Positions 11,425-25,100 of a DNA stretch of 64,000 nt are shown here, one piece after another. The stretch is taken from positions 15,621-79,620 of the forward strand of contig NIVC01003738.1 of NCBI GenBank assembly GCA_002269645.1, read 5' to 3'. The position numbers and the translations under genes are program-made. Position 1 is the stretch's first letter. Every line of letters starts with the position of its first letter. Under the pieces are notes generated by a model, which had not been told where the DNA came from, searched no databases, and saw nothing but the letters and a program-made list of their open reading frames with translations. The DNA comes from Macrostomum lignano (Eukaryota).

Positions 11425-13431
11425 AATCGAGGGACTTCGCGTGGAGCAGCGACTGCGAGCGAGCGTTCGCGAGTTGAAGGACCGGCTGACGACAGCTCCG
11501 GTGCTGAGGCTGCCAGATTTCACCAAGCAGTTTGTGCTCAGCTGCGACAGCAGTCAGTTCGCCGTCGGCGCGGTGCTCAGCCAGCTGCACGGTGACGCCG
11601 AGCTGCCTGTGGCGTTCGCCTCTCGCACCCTCAACAAGGCCGAGCGCAACTACTCGGCGACCGACCGCGAGCTGCTGGCGCTTGTCTGGAGTTTGAAGCA
11701 CTTCAGGACGTACCTGCTGAGTGTTCCGAGCTTTAGAGTCTACTCGGACCACCGGCCACTGCAAGGTCTGCTGGCAACGAAGGACCCGAAGGTCGGCTGG
11801 CGCGATGGCTTTCTACGCTGCAGCAGTTTTCGTTCGAGCTGCTGTACCGGCCTGGCATGGACAACGTCGTGCCGGATGCGCTGAGCCGGGTGGCCGGCAC
11901 GCGCCTGCAGCCTCGGTGGGACGACAGCCGCCTGCACGAGGAGCAACTGCAAGATCCGCTGCTGAGCAAGGCGTTCCAGGCGCTGACCGAAGGGATTGAC
12001 AGCCTGTCCGATTCATGGGCGGCGCAGGTTCGCGAGCTGCTGGACGAGGCCTCGGTGAGCTCGGCGGGAGTCCTGCTGGTCGGTGGCCGGCCAGTCATTC
12101 CCGGTCACCTGCGGCCACATTTCCTGCAGCAGGCGCACTCGTGTGACCAGAGCGGACACCTCGGCGTCGACAAGACCGGAGCGAGATTGTCTGAGCGCTG
12201 CTGGTGGCCTGGTCTGCGACGGGACGTCGAGAACTGGGTGGCCAGCTGTGCGGTCTGCCTGGCCAAGAAGAGTCCAACCAAGCCGCAGAAGGCGCCGCTA
12301 CAGTCGACGTGCCAGCCGACGGCTCCGTGGCAGCTGGTGCAGATCGACATCAAAGGGCCGCTTCCGCGTACGACTGATGGCAAGGCGTACATCCTGAGCA
12401 TGTGCGACGCCTTCTCCAAGTGGATGGAGACGGCAGCCCTGGCGGCGATCGACGCGGTTACGGTGGCGGATGCGCTGCTCAAGTCGGTGGTTCTGCGTCA
12501 CGGCGCTCCTCAGGTGCTGCACAGTGACCAGGGACGGCAATTCGAGAGCGAGGTGTTCGGCCGGCTCTGCGAGAAGCTGGGCGTCGAAAAGACGCGCACG
12601 TCGCCGTTTCATCCGAGCGGCAACGGAATCGTCGAGCGAGGCAACCGGACGCTCGGCGATATGCTGGCGACGACGGTGGCCGAGAACCAGCAGGATTGGG
12701 ACAGCAAGCTGCCATATGTGACCTGGGCCTACAACACCTCCGTGCACAGCACCATCGGCCTCAGTCCGTACCAGGTCCTCCACGGCTGGCCACCGAGGCT
12801 GGATCTCGACAGCTGGCTGATAAGCGGCGACCGGCCGGCAGCCGACGGTGGACATCACGGCTTCCTGCGGCGGACTCAGGAGAACCTGCAGAGCGCCTTC
12901 GACACGGTGCACGGCCGACTGCGGAGCGCCCAGGCCGAGCGCAACCGGCTGGCCAACCAGGACTCTCGGTTTGTGCCGTTCGAAGAGGGCCAGCTCGTGA
13001 TGCTGCGCAACTCCGTCGTCAAGCGCGGCCAGACGCGGTGTTTGAGCGCCAAGTGGAAGGGGCCGTACCGAGTCCTGAGGCGCCTGGGCGAGGTCAATTA
13101 CCGCATCCAGGACGAGACCGGCCGCAGGCGCCGGCTGGTGGTGCACCACGACCGCCTCAAGTGCTTCGTGCAGCGGCGGGCGTCACTGGAGCTTCCGGCC
13201 GCAGCAGACCACCAGCCGCCGGCCGCCGACTTCGACAACGACGGCACCGTCGCTGAGCCGCCCGGGCAGGCGGCCGATCCTGGCGGCGACGCGGTGACCT
13301 TCTGGCCCGAGCTGCAGGCAGACGAGGCACCCGAGGAGCAGCCGGCGGCACCGGCCGAGCCGGTCACGGTTCCGCGGCGGTCGGCGAGAGAGCGGCGGCC
13401 ACCTGACTTGTACATGGCGGGCTTTGCTTGA
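11400..13431 (+). CDS. Gypsy RNase H (frameshifted) and integrase
   Basis: LSCDSSQFAVGAVL...DRELLALVW (RNase H); H..GH...C..C zinc finger, QIDIKGP, HSDQG, VERGNRT (DDE core), WKGPY. Frame breaks near 11390 and 11800. Confidence 0.9.
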
Positions 13432-14327
13432 CTCTGGAACTGTCTTTTGCTTCTAGGGGGAAAGTAGTGTAGTCTGGCTTGTTGGTGCGCGTGCACTTAG
13501 ATGTGCACGTCTGGCTGGTTTGGGGGTTGGGGTTTAGCGCTGCGGCGTGTGCGTGCTTAGGGTGGTTACACCCACCCCAACTTTGGCAATAAATATATTG
13601 GCGTGAGCCAGTGAGGTCTCCTCACGTTTTGATTCTCTGCAATTCAACCCACGGTCTTACAACACTAAGACACTAAGACACGCAGACACTACACAAGACA
13701 CTAAGACACTCAGACACGCAGACACTACACAAGACACTAAGACACCCAGACACTACACAAGACACTAAGACACTAAGACACGCAGACACTACACAAGGCA
13801 CTAAGACACCCAGACACTAAGACACTAAGACACTAAGACACGCAGACACTACACAAGACACTAAGACACTAAGACACGCAGACACTACACAAGACACTAA
13901 GACACCCAGACACTACACAAGACACTAAGACACTAAGACACGCAGACACTACACAAGACACTAAGACACCCAGACACTAAGACACTAAGACACTAAGACA
14001 CGCAGACACTACACAAGACACTAAGACACCCAGACACTAAGACACTAAGACACTAAGACACGCAGACACTACACAAGATACTATGACACCCAGACACTAA
14101 GACACTCAGACACTAAGACACGCAGACACGCAGACACTACACAAGACACTAAGACACCCAGACACTACACAAGACACTAAGACACTAAGACACGCAGACA
14201 CTACACAAGACACTAAGACACTAAGACACTAAGACACTAAGACACGCAGACACTACACAAGACACTAAGACAGGCGCTACCAAAGCAGCAGTAATTTGAA
14301 CTCAAAACTGAACAAAATTTCAATCAG

Positions 14328-15469
14328 AATCGAAGCCGCCAATCACTACTGCGCGAACCAGCTGACGCTAAAAATCAGTCTGGACGATTTCTATCACCGA
14401 GACGAGATTTTGATTCCGCAACTGGCGCACGAGACTGAGGTCAGTCAGGCACGACATCGCAAGTGCAGGTGGATTGTAAGCTTCAACACCGGCAGCAAAT
14501 GCACGCAGATTGTACTGGCTGGGTTGCCAGCTCGGGAGAACTCCAGTTTCAGTTCGACTGACAGTCGTTTAAGATTCACCTCGATGTCGAATGCAATAAC
14601 GACCGTCTTACCTGGAATATTCCACGTCGTCCCTTTGGAGAGCAAGTACGTTACCTGAAGTCAGTGCTTGTCGCTTTATTATCATTATTTCGCCCAACAC
14701 AAGTGAAATGGGAAGTTTGCAATAAAGACCCCCTGCAAGGAGGCGGCCTCTCCTGCGTGCGCCCTGCCCCGTGCTCTGTGCTGATTGGCTGCGGCCAGCC
14801 CGTCTGTGACACGAAGGCTGCGCCCTGCCCCGGGCGGGGTTCTGATTGGCTGGCCTTACGCTCGTATGCGCAAGTTGGCGGGCTTCGCCGATGGGGCCAC
14901 CTACGCCCCCCCCCCCCATTGTAAGGGTTTTCTTTATTATTTATTACTTTTTCGCTTCCTGGTGGGTCTTGGTTCCATGGCGACAGTAGCTGACTTTGGA
15001 GGTCAGGTAAGCAGCCTATTCAGCTGTGTACAAACCGAGGCCAACTCTGCTTAACGTGCAGCGTTAGCGGCACTTCGACTTAATTTAATTTACACGTACA
15101 AAATAAAAATAAATAAACTGATTTCAGTAAAAAAGCATGAGGTGTTCTTAGCTTTAAATCTAAGTTCCTAGGTTACACACCGTTTGCAGCAAAATCTTTC
15201 TAGTGGAGGCCAGCTGGGATCCGCGGACTGATGGCCAAAACGCGGCAAAGTTGAGATTTCTGCTGCCACTTCCCAGCATCTGCAGCCGCGACATGCTGAG
15301 CTACCGGAACAGCTGCTTTGCTGTTGACTCACTTCAGCAGAGCTTGACAGATGCGCTGTCCAGCATCAGGGGTGACGCTCAACTAGCCAGCTTCACCAGT
15401 TGGTCCGAGATAGAGGAGTTCATTGCATCCAGTGAGTGTTTTTCACATGTAGATAGGTAGGTAGATAGG

Positions 15470-15503
<34 letters not shown>

Positions 15504-16306
15504 TATCTATATATATATCTATATCTATCTATCTATATACATACATATATATAGATAGGTTGTGAATTGCAGCCTGCGTCTTTGCGAGTCCAATTCAGCT
15601 CTGGTGGCTCTCGCGCATGGAAAACTGAGGTAGAAGGACTCTACATAAGAATACAACAGCGATAATGGAATTACCCTGGTTTTTAGCAGAGCAAGCATGT
15701 ATTTTGTTTGTTGGATAGGACTAAGTGACTACACTGGGGAGATATGAACTCCTGAAAAATATGCTGGATGGCGGAAAGTTGATAACTCGAAGCTCTAGAC
15801 AGAGAGGTATTGTGAACTGGTGTTAAAAATAGAAATATAGGCTTCCAGTGAAATTTGCACGACTTGCGAGTGCAAAAGCCCTTCTGCTTGAGTTGCTCAT
15901 GCTCTTAACAATGATCTTTATAGTAAGTCCCCAAATAGCTGACCCTCTTTCACACAGAAAGTCGCATCAACATTGCAGTAAGATCGCGAATGCCTTTGAC
16001 GGCAATTGTGTTTCGTTAAGAGCCGACTCAAACGGACCTGTTATTACATTTCTTAACTGCAACATCCCGATGCTGTCGCTAGTCAGCTTCCCAGAGACTC
16101 ATTCCGGTCTCAGCCACTTGGATTGCAATCTACCAGGCAGATTGTCTGACTTGTTCTCCGCAAATGAGGCTGTGAACCAGGTGAAAGCGGATGGTTCAAT
16201 GAAGTTGCAGAGTGACGAAGACGAGCGTGTGCCACCAGGAGTATCAAGTTTCGAGCTCAATGCAGATAAGATAGTGACTGAAAGTCAACCTTCAGCCAGC
16301 AATTAG
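14328..16306 (+). CDS. Family A copy A1: CUB-like plus C-type-lectin-like protein, truncated before its hydrophobic tail
   Basis: Exons 14328-14645 (CRWIVSFNTG, CUB-like), 15190-15431 (CSRDMLSYRNSCF...AQLASFTSWSEIEEFI, CTLD N-half), about 15848-16306 (GNCVSL...FLNC). TAG at 16304 where A3 has CAG. First exon unresolved (candidate near 7020-7040). Confidence 0.55.
15451..15558. repeat. (GATA)n/(TA)n microsatellite
   Basis: Direct inspection. Confidence 0.95.
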
Positions 16307-16748
16307 AAGGTTCCCTTTGCCATACCGGTCATTGCGGCAATACTTTTCGTTTTTACTTTGGTTTTACTTTATACAACCTTTTACTTTCTGAACTATTTCT
16401 ACTGTCAATCGTATTCAAGTACCGCCTCTGCATAGGTAATTCTGCAAACTTAGTTATTTGATTTAGATAAAACTCAAAAGAGACGCTACTTCAGATTAAT
16501 ACGAGTAAGTAGACAACGCGATAGCTCGCACAATACAACAAGCTGGAAAGCACTCAAAAGTCGTACCTGGGATACCTGGTAAAAGGCTAAAATGATTTAT
16601 TTTTTAACGTGTTGATTTTTAATTTTGTATATACAGAATATACCTGTAAAGGCAGTTGTTAATTATCAATATTTTTTCACTGAACACACAACTTCAATTC
16701 ACTTTTACAGCGTAAACTAGTTCACTTTTCTTTTGCATTATGCTCGTA

Positions 16749-17607
16749 TGTGTTCCTTATTACCAGTCCTCAGCTGTAACCAAGGAACAATCACTTCTAG
16801 CTCGGTAGCTAGGCAACCCAGTAAGCCAACAGAAGGTATACAATTACCTTGAGTCCTTATGAGATATCTCTTCAATGTAGATCTCGTCTGTAGTCTCAGT
16901 TGATCTGATAGATCAGGCGCCTTGGTTCTTCAGTTGCTCTGGTCCTGGTTCCTCTTGTACTTCCGATGAAGTTGTTCCGGCCGGTATCTGCAGTCAGGAC
17001 CGATCAGAGGCCTCGTATTAACAATGGGTACCCTGCGCCGAACTGCGGTTTGAATTAAGCCTCCTTCTTCTAGCAGTGCTTTTATGCACTCTAGGTATAG
17101 CTCCGGAAACCACTGATAGTCTTCTAAGATCTATCAGGGGCAGTCCTTCTGGAGACTGCAACCAGTAGAGTCTAAACAGACTCAAGAGTCTCAACAGACT
17201 CACAATAAACTCAAGTCACACTAGACTTGAGCGAGACGTCTCTAACACAACGGGCGCAAATAAGGAAGGCTTAGCGCAACAACTCGACCGAGTCTCGATT
17301 GACTGGGTGATCAGGAAGTCCTCCTAAGACTTCCTCTTTGGAGCTTCTCCTATCGTCGGGAGTTGGCTCCTGGTCCACTTCGGACCGCTTGTATTTATAG
17401 GCGCATTTTCAGTCCAAAATAGCAACACTACAACTCACGTGTTGCGCTAAAAGGGGAACATGGCTCATTGCGTATTTTTCTGGTAACAACTTTTCTGGTA
17501 ACGTGATTCATTTAAAATTTAGGTGCGCATGCGTGTACTTACTTACTTACAGTAGCATCCTACGGTTAACTTCTTTTACCTTTTTTTACGGGAGGTAGAA
17601 CACTACA
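16749..17607. mobile_element. Approximately 860-bp insertion, possible solo LTR
   Basis: Absent from the paralogous region near 55460-55480; TG...CA ends; TATAAATA on the minus strand at 17392-17399; no TSD recognised. Confidence 0.4.
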
Positions 17608-18497
17608 GTTTCAAAGCACTGAGAGAAACCGTACATTGCTACTGTCATTTCGTACTCACGGCCTGTTTACTATCGGGACCAGCATCTGCAGGCAGATGCC
17701 TGAACTAAACCAATTGAATAAAAATGATCTTGATTGCGCCGTGTCAGCTGCTTTGGCTATTGCAAAATGCGAAAGTCACAGAGTATTAAATAAGCCAAAC
17801 TGATTGAAGTCAAATGTTCAAGAAAAAACATTCACATAAATATTTAAAATAGCCTTAAGTAAAAACAGTCCAATTTTCAGGGACATTAACTGTAGCAGCA
17901 GTTCAAGGCAATCGCCAGAGAGCGCCATTTGATGTAAACAAAGCAGGCAGTCATAAAATCTTCAAATCCAAGCTGCATCCATCGCACACAGCATAAAATT
18001 TCTGTCAGAAAAGCAACATCGGTGAAAGTTTTCTTTACCTGAATATTCGACTTTAAATGAAGGATTTTTACAAATTGCTGCAGTTGCTGCTGCTCTGCAA
18101 CACGAAATTTACCGCTGGCAGCCCAGACTGCTCCTCCACGAGTCAAGATGGTGAGGCAAGCGAATTTAGCTCGTAAAATGCATATCAACTCCAGCTTTAT
18201 AAAATGATTGAAAAAAAGCAATATCTACTCTATTTTCAGTGACAGTGCAGCTGAGCAGGGCTGACGTTCTGCGCACCTGGCAACCCAGCGGTGCGCACTG
18301 CCGTTGGTGGGAGAGTCGGCAGTCAGAGACAAACCGATTTCCTGCTGCTGTGCGGTCCGGGCCTCGGTGGCTTGTGATGCAGCTGAGGCAGCCGATGATG
18401 CTGGAGGCGGTGAGCGTACGAGACTGGGGTGAGTGACGCTGACCGACTCATTCTCATGATGCATGATGAGGCATAGGGAGTCTGGGACACACAGCGT

Positions 18498-18677
18498 GAG
18501 ACAGTGTGAGACCAGCTAGCATCTAATTAGCACTCTGAGACAGTGTGAGACCAGCTAGCATCTAATTAGCACTCTGAGACAGTGTGAGACCAGCTAGCAT
18601 CTAATTAGCACTCTGAGACAGTGTGAGACCAGCTAGCATCTAATTGGCACTCTGAGACAGTGTGAGACCAGCTAGCA
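18498..18677. repeat. 39-bp minisatellite (GAGACAGTGTGAGACCAGCTAGCATCTAATTAGCACTCT), about 5 units, B2 intron 2
   Basis: Direct inspection; no spacers. Confidence 0.95.
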
Positions 18678-20145
18678 GCCAAGCACTCGTGTTGCAGATG
18701 GCCAGTGGCTCGCAGCAGCTCCGGTCGGCTCGCCCGTGTCAGCGGTCGGAGCCTCGAGCCTCTCGCTGGAGCTGCAGCTGGAGGATCCGTGCCGCGCCAG
18801 CTGGGAGGCCTTCAACGGTAGCGACCGCTGGCGGAGTCTTGATGGCTCCAGCGGCACCGCCATGGTGAGTGAAAGAGGCAGCTGTTTGCATGCTGCACAT
18901 TTTGCACATTCTGAGGAACTCAGACATTCTGAGCACTCCTCCTTCCAGCTGCCAGTGGCCTTCCTTCTGTTCAGCAGCTCCCAGCAGCTCCAGTGGAGCG
19001 CTCTCAATCTGCTAGGTGAGGTCCTTCAACTCAGTGCTTTGATTGCAGGTCGCTGAGTTCATTTCACCTCCGCATCCTCAGGCCGCACGGCCCCAATGCA
19101 GCTGAAGGAGACCAGAAACCCATTTTGCCTGAACTGCGAGCCCCTCACGTGGAGACCCGGAGATCGCATTGGCTTCTCAGTGAGCAGCTGCGGCTCCCAG
19201 ACTCCGAGCTGCTCAGTTCGACCCGCGGATGGCAGCAGGCGAGAGGATGAGCTGGTGAGCGACTGGCCGGCCTTGACTGACAGATTTTCCTCTTTGAGGC
19301 TGAGAGCTCAGGGCATTCTGTGATTTTCAGCTCAAGATCTCAAGACCGGGCAGTGATCGGATTCGAGTCACCCATTTTGAGTACCTTGTGGAGGAGACGG
19401 AAGTTCCGCGGACTCTGACCTGCTGGCAGGGGAACCCAGCGGCTCTGCAGATTGAGAGGGAAATCGCTGTGATATGCAAGTCTAGAGATTTGCGGGTGCA
19501 GCTGTCATTCAGGGCTCTGTACAGTTTTACACCTATAAATCCATTTGTATGCACTTTTAATTGTAGTTGTGAAGGGAAGCTTCACTCTATCGGTCTCTCC
19601 GGTGTGGGTCTCGGGCAGGAAGATTTTCTTAGAAGCCGAAGCGCAGCGATTCTTTCCGGAGCCCAGGATTCGGTGTTCGATCAGGGCGGTAACGGAGCAG
19701 CCTTTGAAATTTGAGAGTCAGGTGAGGACAGGTGCACTGTCTTTGAGTGAGCGATACCGCTGACAGCACGAGTTGATCTAAAATCTGACCGCCACGCCAC
19801 AACCCCAAGTTCCCAGTCACCGCGCCACCGCGTCACCGCGGCCTATCCTTACACAAAGCACACGTAAAATGCAGGTTCTGCATTCTATGTCGTTTAACTT
19901 TCAGAACCGGTCTGTAGTGAAGGACAATAAAAGCAGGGTTCTGCTGTCAGTTCGCTCAAGGTTCAGCTTTCACGCATCGCTCTCAATGCACGGAGGCCAG
20001 ATTCTGTGCTGGGTTACTCTCACTGGGGATGAAGACTTGGTTGCTATGAAGTACATGTTAAATCACAGTCTAACTCAGATTAGCGGTGAGAAATGCGCGA
20101 ATTGAATTCAGACTTCCATATCTCAGTATTCTGTGTTACCTCTCC

Positions 20146-20286
20146 CATCACCCCTCACCCAGTCACCCCTCACCCAGCCACCCCTCACCCAGCCACCCCT
20201 CACCCAGTCACCCCTCACCCAGCCACCCCTCACCCAGCCACCACCCACCCAGCCACCACCCACCCAGCCGCCCCTCACACAGCCAC
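20146..20286. repeat. Short 15-bp CACCCCTCACCCAGC array in B2
   Basis: About 9 units, paralog of 921-1946. Confidence 0.93.
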
Positions 20287-21033
20287 TCGCTCGCACTGCA
20301 GAGCCGTGCCAGACGGCCGTAGACCTGGGCTCGAGTCCGTACTGGCAGGTGGACCAAACCCGCCAGATCGCAGTGACCTCCAGCGCCTGCAGCATCTGGA
20401 ATGTGAGCCACAGCTGCCGGCTGCTGCAGGCTGATGGCGCTTCACCCGTGCCGCTCCGCATAGTTGAAGTACGCTTGCACTGAGACTGGCCAAAGTGCTC
20501 AGAGAAGTGCAGAGCCTCACCTGTCCCAATCTGCACCCTCATTCGCATTGCAGCAGAGCAGCTTCAGCAGCGTTCACCAGCTGCAGGTGAGCGGGTCGAT
20601 GGCTCATCAGAACTGGTCCGTTCGCTGCAGCGTCAACCAGTCAGGTGTGGTGTATGATGAGGCTGAGAGTCTGGAGCAGCTGCGACCGCCGATTTTCTGT
20701 GAGTGCCGAACAGTGCATAAAGCGAGTCAGCTGTGAACGCTTTGCTTGAATGCGATTTCCAATTTCCCTGCAGATCCGGCAAGCATTCAGGTAGATGGCA
20801 GGATTGAGAGCTCGCGACTGCACCTGGCTGTGGCTGCCTCCGACGCTCGGCCTCCGTTGTCATCTGTTGTCTGCCAGATCGCAAATTTCACTGTGAGTGT
20901 TTGATGCGAGCCCGAAAGAGGGCCGAATAAGCGTGCATGACATTAGCGTGCAGATGCTTCTCTTTGCTATCATCTTTTCTTTTCAAAGTTAAAATGCTGT
21001 GATGAAAACGTAGTTTAAGTGTTTACGAGGCGT

Positions 21034-21461
21034 TGACTAGAGAACCCAGGTGATTGACTAGAGAACCCAAGTGATTGACTAGAGAACCCAGGTGATTGAC
21101 TAGAGAACCCAGGTGATTGACTAGAGAACCCAGGTGATTGACTAGAGAACCCAAGTGATTGACTAGAGAACCCAGGTGATTGACTAGAGAACCCAATTGA
21201 TTGACTAGAGAACCCAGGTGATTGACTAGAGAACCCAGGTGATTGACTAGAGAACCCAGGTGATTGACTAGAGAACCCAAGTGATTGACTAGAGAACCCA
21301 AGTGATTGACTAGAGAACCCAGGTGATTGACTAGAGAACCCAGGTGATTGACTAGAGAACCCAAGTGATTGACTAGAGAACCCAGGTGATTGACTAGAGA
21401 ACACAGGTGATTGACTAGGGATCCCAGGTGATTGACTAGAGAACCCAGGTGATGGACTAGC
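21034..21461. repeat. 21-bp minisatellite (ACTAGAGAACCCAGGTGATTG)n, about 20 units
   Basis: Direct inspection. Confidence 0.96.
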
Positions 21462-22180
21462 ACCCTTCTTACCCAGCCTTATTTAACCTAATATTTTAGA
21501 CTAGTCTGATTCTAGCAAGACTTGAACCGGCCAGGGAGAACTGCACTGACTTGACGGGAAAGCTGTAGCATAGGCCTGTGTCTTATTGTTCTAACTTAAA
21601 GCCGTAGTTTTCAGATGCGCACTTGCGCCAGACTCGTGTGTTTGAGATGTGCGCTTGCGTCGTGAGCGCCAATGTAATCTATTGGTGGGGCAATGAGTGC
21701 AGGATTGAAACCCCATCGCATCTGCTCCCCAGCCAGCCCCTGTAGGACAATGAGGAGAAATGTGAATATTGAACTCGATGTCAACTTGAGCACCGGAATG
21801 GAACCAACCGCTCAGCTGTGGACCAAGCTGACTCATTGAACTAAATTCAAAGTCAAATCTCAATAACTGTCCTCATTTCCAGAGTGTTGAGCTGACGCGG
21901 ATGCAAAACAGCCACACCTGGCAGGCAAATGGCAGCATTACACTACCAGCATGTGCATCGCTGAATAACGAATTGAATTTTCTCATCAACTGCACTGCTC
22001 AGCAGGACTTCAATGGCTCGACGATTTTTCAAACAAGCGAACAGGTCTTTCGTAACTGCCCCCCAAAGGAAACAGGTAACTCATTCTTCCTAACATCAAG
22101 TGATTTTTTCCCGACATTTTGTAACCACTGTTGCATGTTCAAAACTGTATACTTAGATGTAACTGCTCAGTTGCGGGAGA

Positions 22181-25100
22181 TATTGGGAGGTAGATTAGTA
22201 GCATTGATTTTCTTTCCAATTCCACTGCGTGATTTAATGTACGTACGTGTTTATTATTCAATTTTCTATGTACGCTGATTTAGCCCAGGCCCATCTCACC
22301 CACCCCCCTCCACGCTGGCTGATTCTGACTGACTGCAATATATATATCATCGAGAGGGCTTATTAGCCCTGTGTACGGTTTACGCTTTTCGTTTTGTTAG
22401 CGTCCCGCTTGAGCCTCAGCTCCAAAATAGTTTGGCGGACCATCGGTCTTTTCATTTCTACAGTACATTTTGGTAGCACTAAATTGGACAAGCCTAAATT
22501 ACCACTGACGTGGCAAGCAATAGAATCCTACTGTGAAACGAAGGACCAAGATGGACAGTGACGACGCCAATGAACAACAACAGGAAGCCCAAGACGATGC
22601 CGGCGCGCTGCGTTTAGAGAAGCTGCGCTTCGAGAAATCCCGAAAAAAAGCAGCGTTCACTCGTTGCAAAAACAAGCTGTCTTGGCTGCTAAAGACGCGC
22701 GCCTCTGATGACGAAGTGCAAGCTACCTGCGATGCTCTATCCGACCTGCAGGACCTGGTCAGCGCCATCCAGGAAGAACTGCATCAAGGCTACGCCGACG
22801 CCAAGGACAACGAGAGGCGACAGCGCCTACTAGAAGAGATGGAGGAGACTGAGCGCGACTACCAAGCTGCCATTCAGCGCGTCGAAAGTTCCAGAAACCG
22901 GGGATTGCAGCGCGCCCAAGAAGCCCCTCCTGCCGCGAGTTCAAGCGGTGAGAACGCTGCGGGTGACCAAGAAGAAGCAGCTGGTGAGTTAGACAAACTT
23001 TCTGGCAGTGCTGCGTCCAGCAAAGGATCCAACCCGAAGGAGCTTTCAAAGGATTTGTGGAAGATGCTGAAGCGTGTTGAAATCCCAACATTTAGTGGAG
23101 AAAAGCAGAAGTATGAAAACTGGAAGGCAGCCTTTGTTGCGTGCATCGACAGCGCCCCTGCAACACCAGAATTCAAGTTGCTGCAGCTTAGGCAGTACCT
23201 CGGCGGTGAAGCTTTGAAGGTTATAGAACATCTAGGACACTCCGCTGCTGCATATGAGGCTGCAAAAGAGAGACTAGAGAGAGAATTTGGTGGACAGCGT
23301 AGACAACTTGCTCTGCACTTGTAAGAGCTGGACAGCTTCCCGATCGTGCGAAATGGAAACGCCAAGGATCTGAAAAGCTTTGCTAATCTACTGGATGTGG
23401 CTGTCGTTAACCTTGAGGATGCGGGTAAAGAGGCAGAGCTTCAAGATGGGATGTTGTATGTGAGGTTGCAGAAAAAGTTGCCTGAGCAGATGGTTGCCAG
23501 CTACCGGAGGTGGATCTTTGAGCAGCGGAAGCCGGAGAGTGTTAGAAATCTGAGAATTTGGGTGCTGCAAGAAGCAGAGTTTCAGACTGAAGCGTCAGAG
23601 ATTGTGCAGGGCGTTGCCACCATGCAGCAGGAGCGTCAAAAGCGAGAGCAGCGACCAAAGACTTTCGTTACTACGGACAGTGACAAGAAGGTACAGCGAA
23701 AGATTTGCATTGTTTGTCAAGGTGATCACGAGCTGTGGTCCTGCAGTGAGTTCAAGGAGCTTCCGGTGGAAAAACGCTGGGACGCGGCGCAGAGCTCGAA
23801 GTGTTGTTTCCGGTGCTTGGGCCAAGGACATCTTGGCAGCCAATGTCGGCGCGGTCGTCGGTGCGGCATCAACAGCTGCATAAAGTTCCACCATCGCTTG
23901 CTTCATGCAGAAAAAGCGTTGGCCAAGTCTGGTGAAGCGAAGCAGACTGCATCCAAGGACGCTAAATCCGCTTCTAGTTCAGGAAAGACTGGACCGGTGA
24001 CGCTTCTGTCGGCTGGTGAAACGGCAATCTCGTTACGAACGGTGCCTGTAGTCTTACGGAACGGGTCCCGGAAGCTGAAGGTGAACGCCTTGCTCGACGA
24101 TGCCAGTACCAGGAGCTACATCAACATCGGGATAGCAGAAGCGCTTGGAGCGCATGGAGTGCTCGAAAAGGTGAAAGTCGGAGTCATCAATGGCCAAACA
24201 GAGACCTTCATGACAGCCCCAGTCTGCTTTAGCTTGGAAAGTCTGGATGGTCAGACCAGCTCAATGATCGTCGCCTTCACCGCTGATCACGTGACCGGGT
24301 CCCTCAAAGGCGTCGACTGGCACGAAGAAGCGCAGCAGTGGCCTCATCTGAGAAATGTGCCGTTTCCGAAGCTGTGTGAGCCTGCAGTAGTGGACTTGCT
24401 GATTGGTGCTGATCACCCGGATCTTCACGTGTCCTCAAGGAAATCGCCGGACAGCCGCTGGAGCCAAAGGCGCGCCTGACTCCCCTGGGTTGGACGTGCA
24501 TCGGTCGCACAGAGCAGGACAATTCTGAGATGCAGAACGCCCATTTTGCTGCCACTTTCTTCAGCTGCGATTCCGAATCTGGTCAGGTGGCTAAGATCCT
24601 GCGGCAGTTTTGGGAGATCGAGAACGTATCAGAAGGTGCCAATCGAAGTCCGCTGACCGCCGATGAGGAGAGAGCCGTCCAGCAAGCCAAGTCGTCGCTA
24701 AAGTACACGAAGGGCCGTTACCAGATCGGGATTCCATGGAAAAAGGATCGGCTGGCTCCAGCAGGCACTTTCTCAATGGCCTTGAAGCGACTAAAGAACA
24801 CCGAACAGCGGCTGATTAAGGATATGAACGTCTGCAAGCAGTATCAGGAGATCCTTGAAAAGTATGAACAGCAAGGTTATATCCGAAAAGTGTCGCAAGC
24901 TGAGACTGAAGGCCGCTGTTTCCTGCCGCACTTCTCAGTGCTGCGGCCAGACAAGGCTACAACAAAAGTGCGGATAGTCTTTGATGCATCGGCTGCCAGA
25001 TTGAACGACCAGATCCTCCAGGGCCCCAAACTGCAGAGGGATTTGGTTGACGTGCTGCTTCGGTTCCGCCGACACCCGATTGCGATCGCATGCGACGTAG

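Larger units (their letters stand above)
10150..13661 (+). mobile_element. Ty3/Gypsy LTR retrotransposon, internally deleted (non-autonomous), recent
   Basis: Identical 194-bp TG...CA LTRs (10150-10343, 13468-13661), 4-bp TSD ACAC, tRNA-Leu PBS at 10345, PPT AGGGGGAAAG before the 3' LTR, RT YIDD, RNase H and integrase. Confidence 0.96.
8270..14271. repeat. GACACTAA/GACACGCA/GACACTACACAA higher-order satellite, interrupted by a Gypsy element at 10150-13661
   Basis: Array at 8270-10149 resumes at 13662-14271; includes a pure 16-mer stretch near 8540-8800. Confidence 0.95.

Noticed and set aside
17881-17995. Extra coding exon upstream of the B2/B4 leaders (also 55692-55805)
   Set aside because: The two copies differ by a 2-nt indel and conservation is explained by recent duplication; more likely 5' UTR or promoter.
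14328-22075. A and B as one neuropilin-like CUB-discoidin gene
   Set aside because: A copies end in stops after anchor-like tails and each B copy has its own ATG and signal-peptide exon. Read-through splicing cannot be excluded without RNA.
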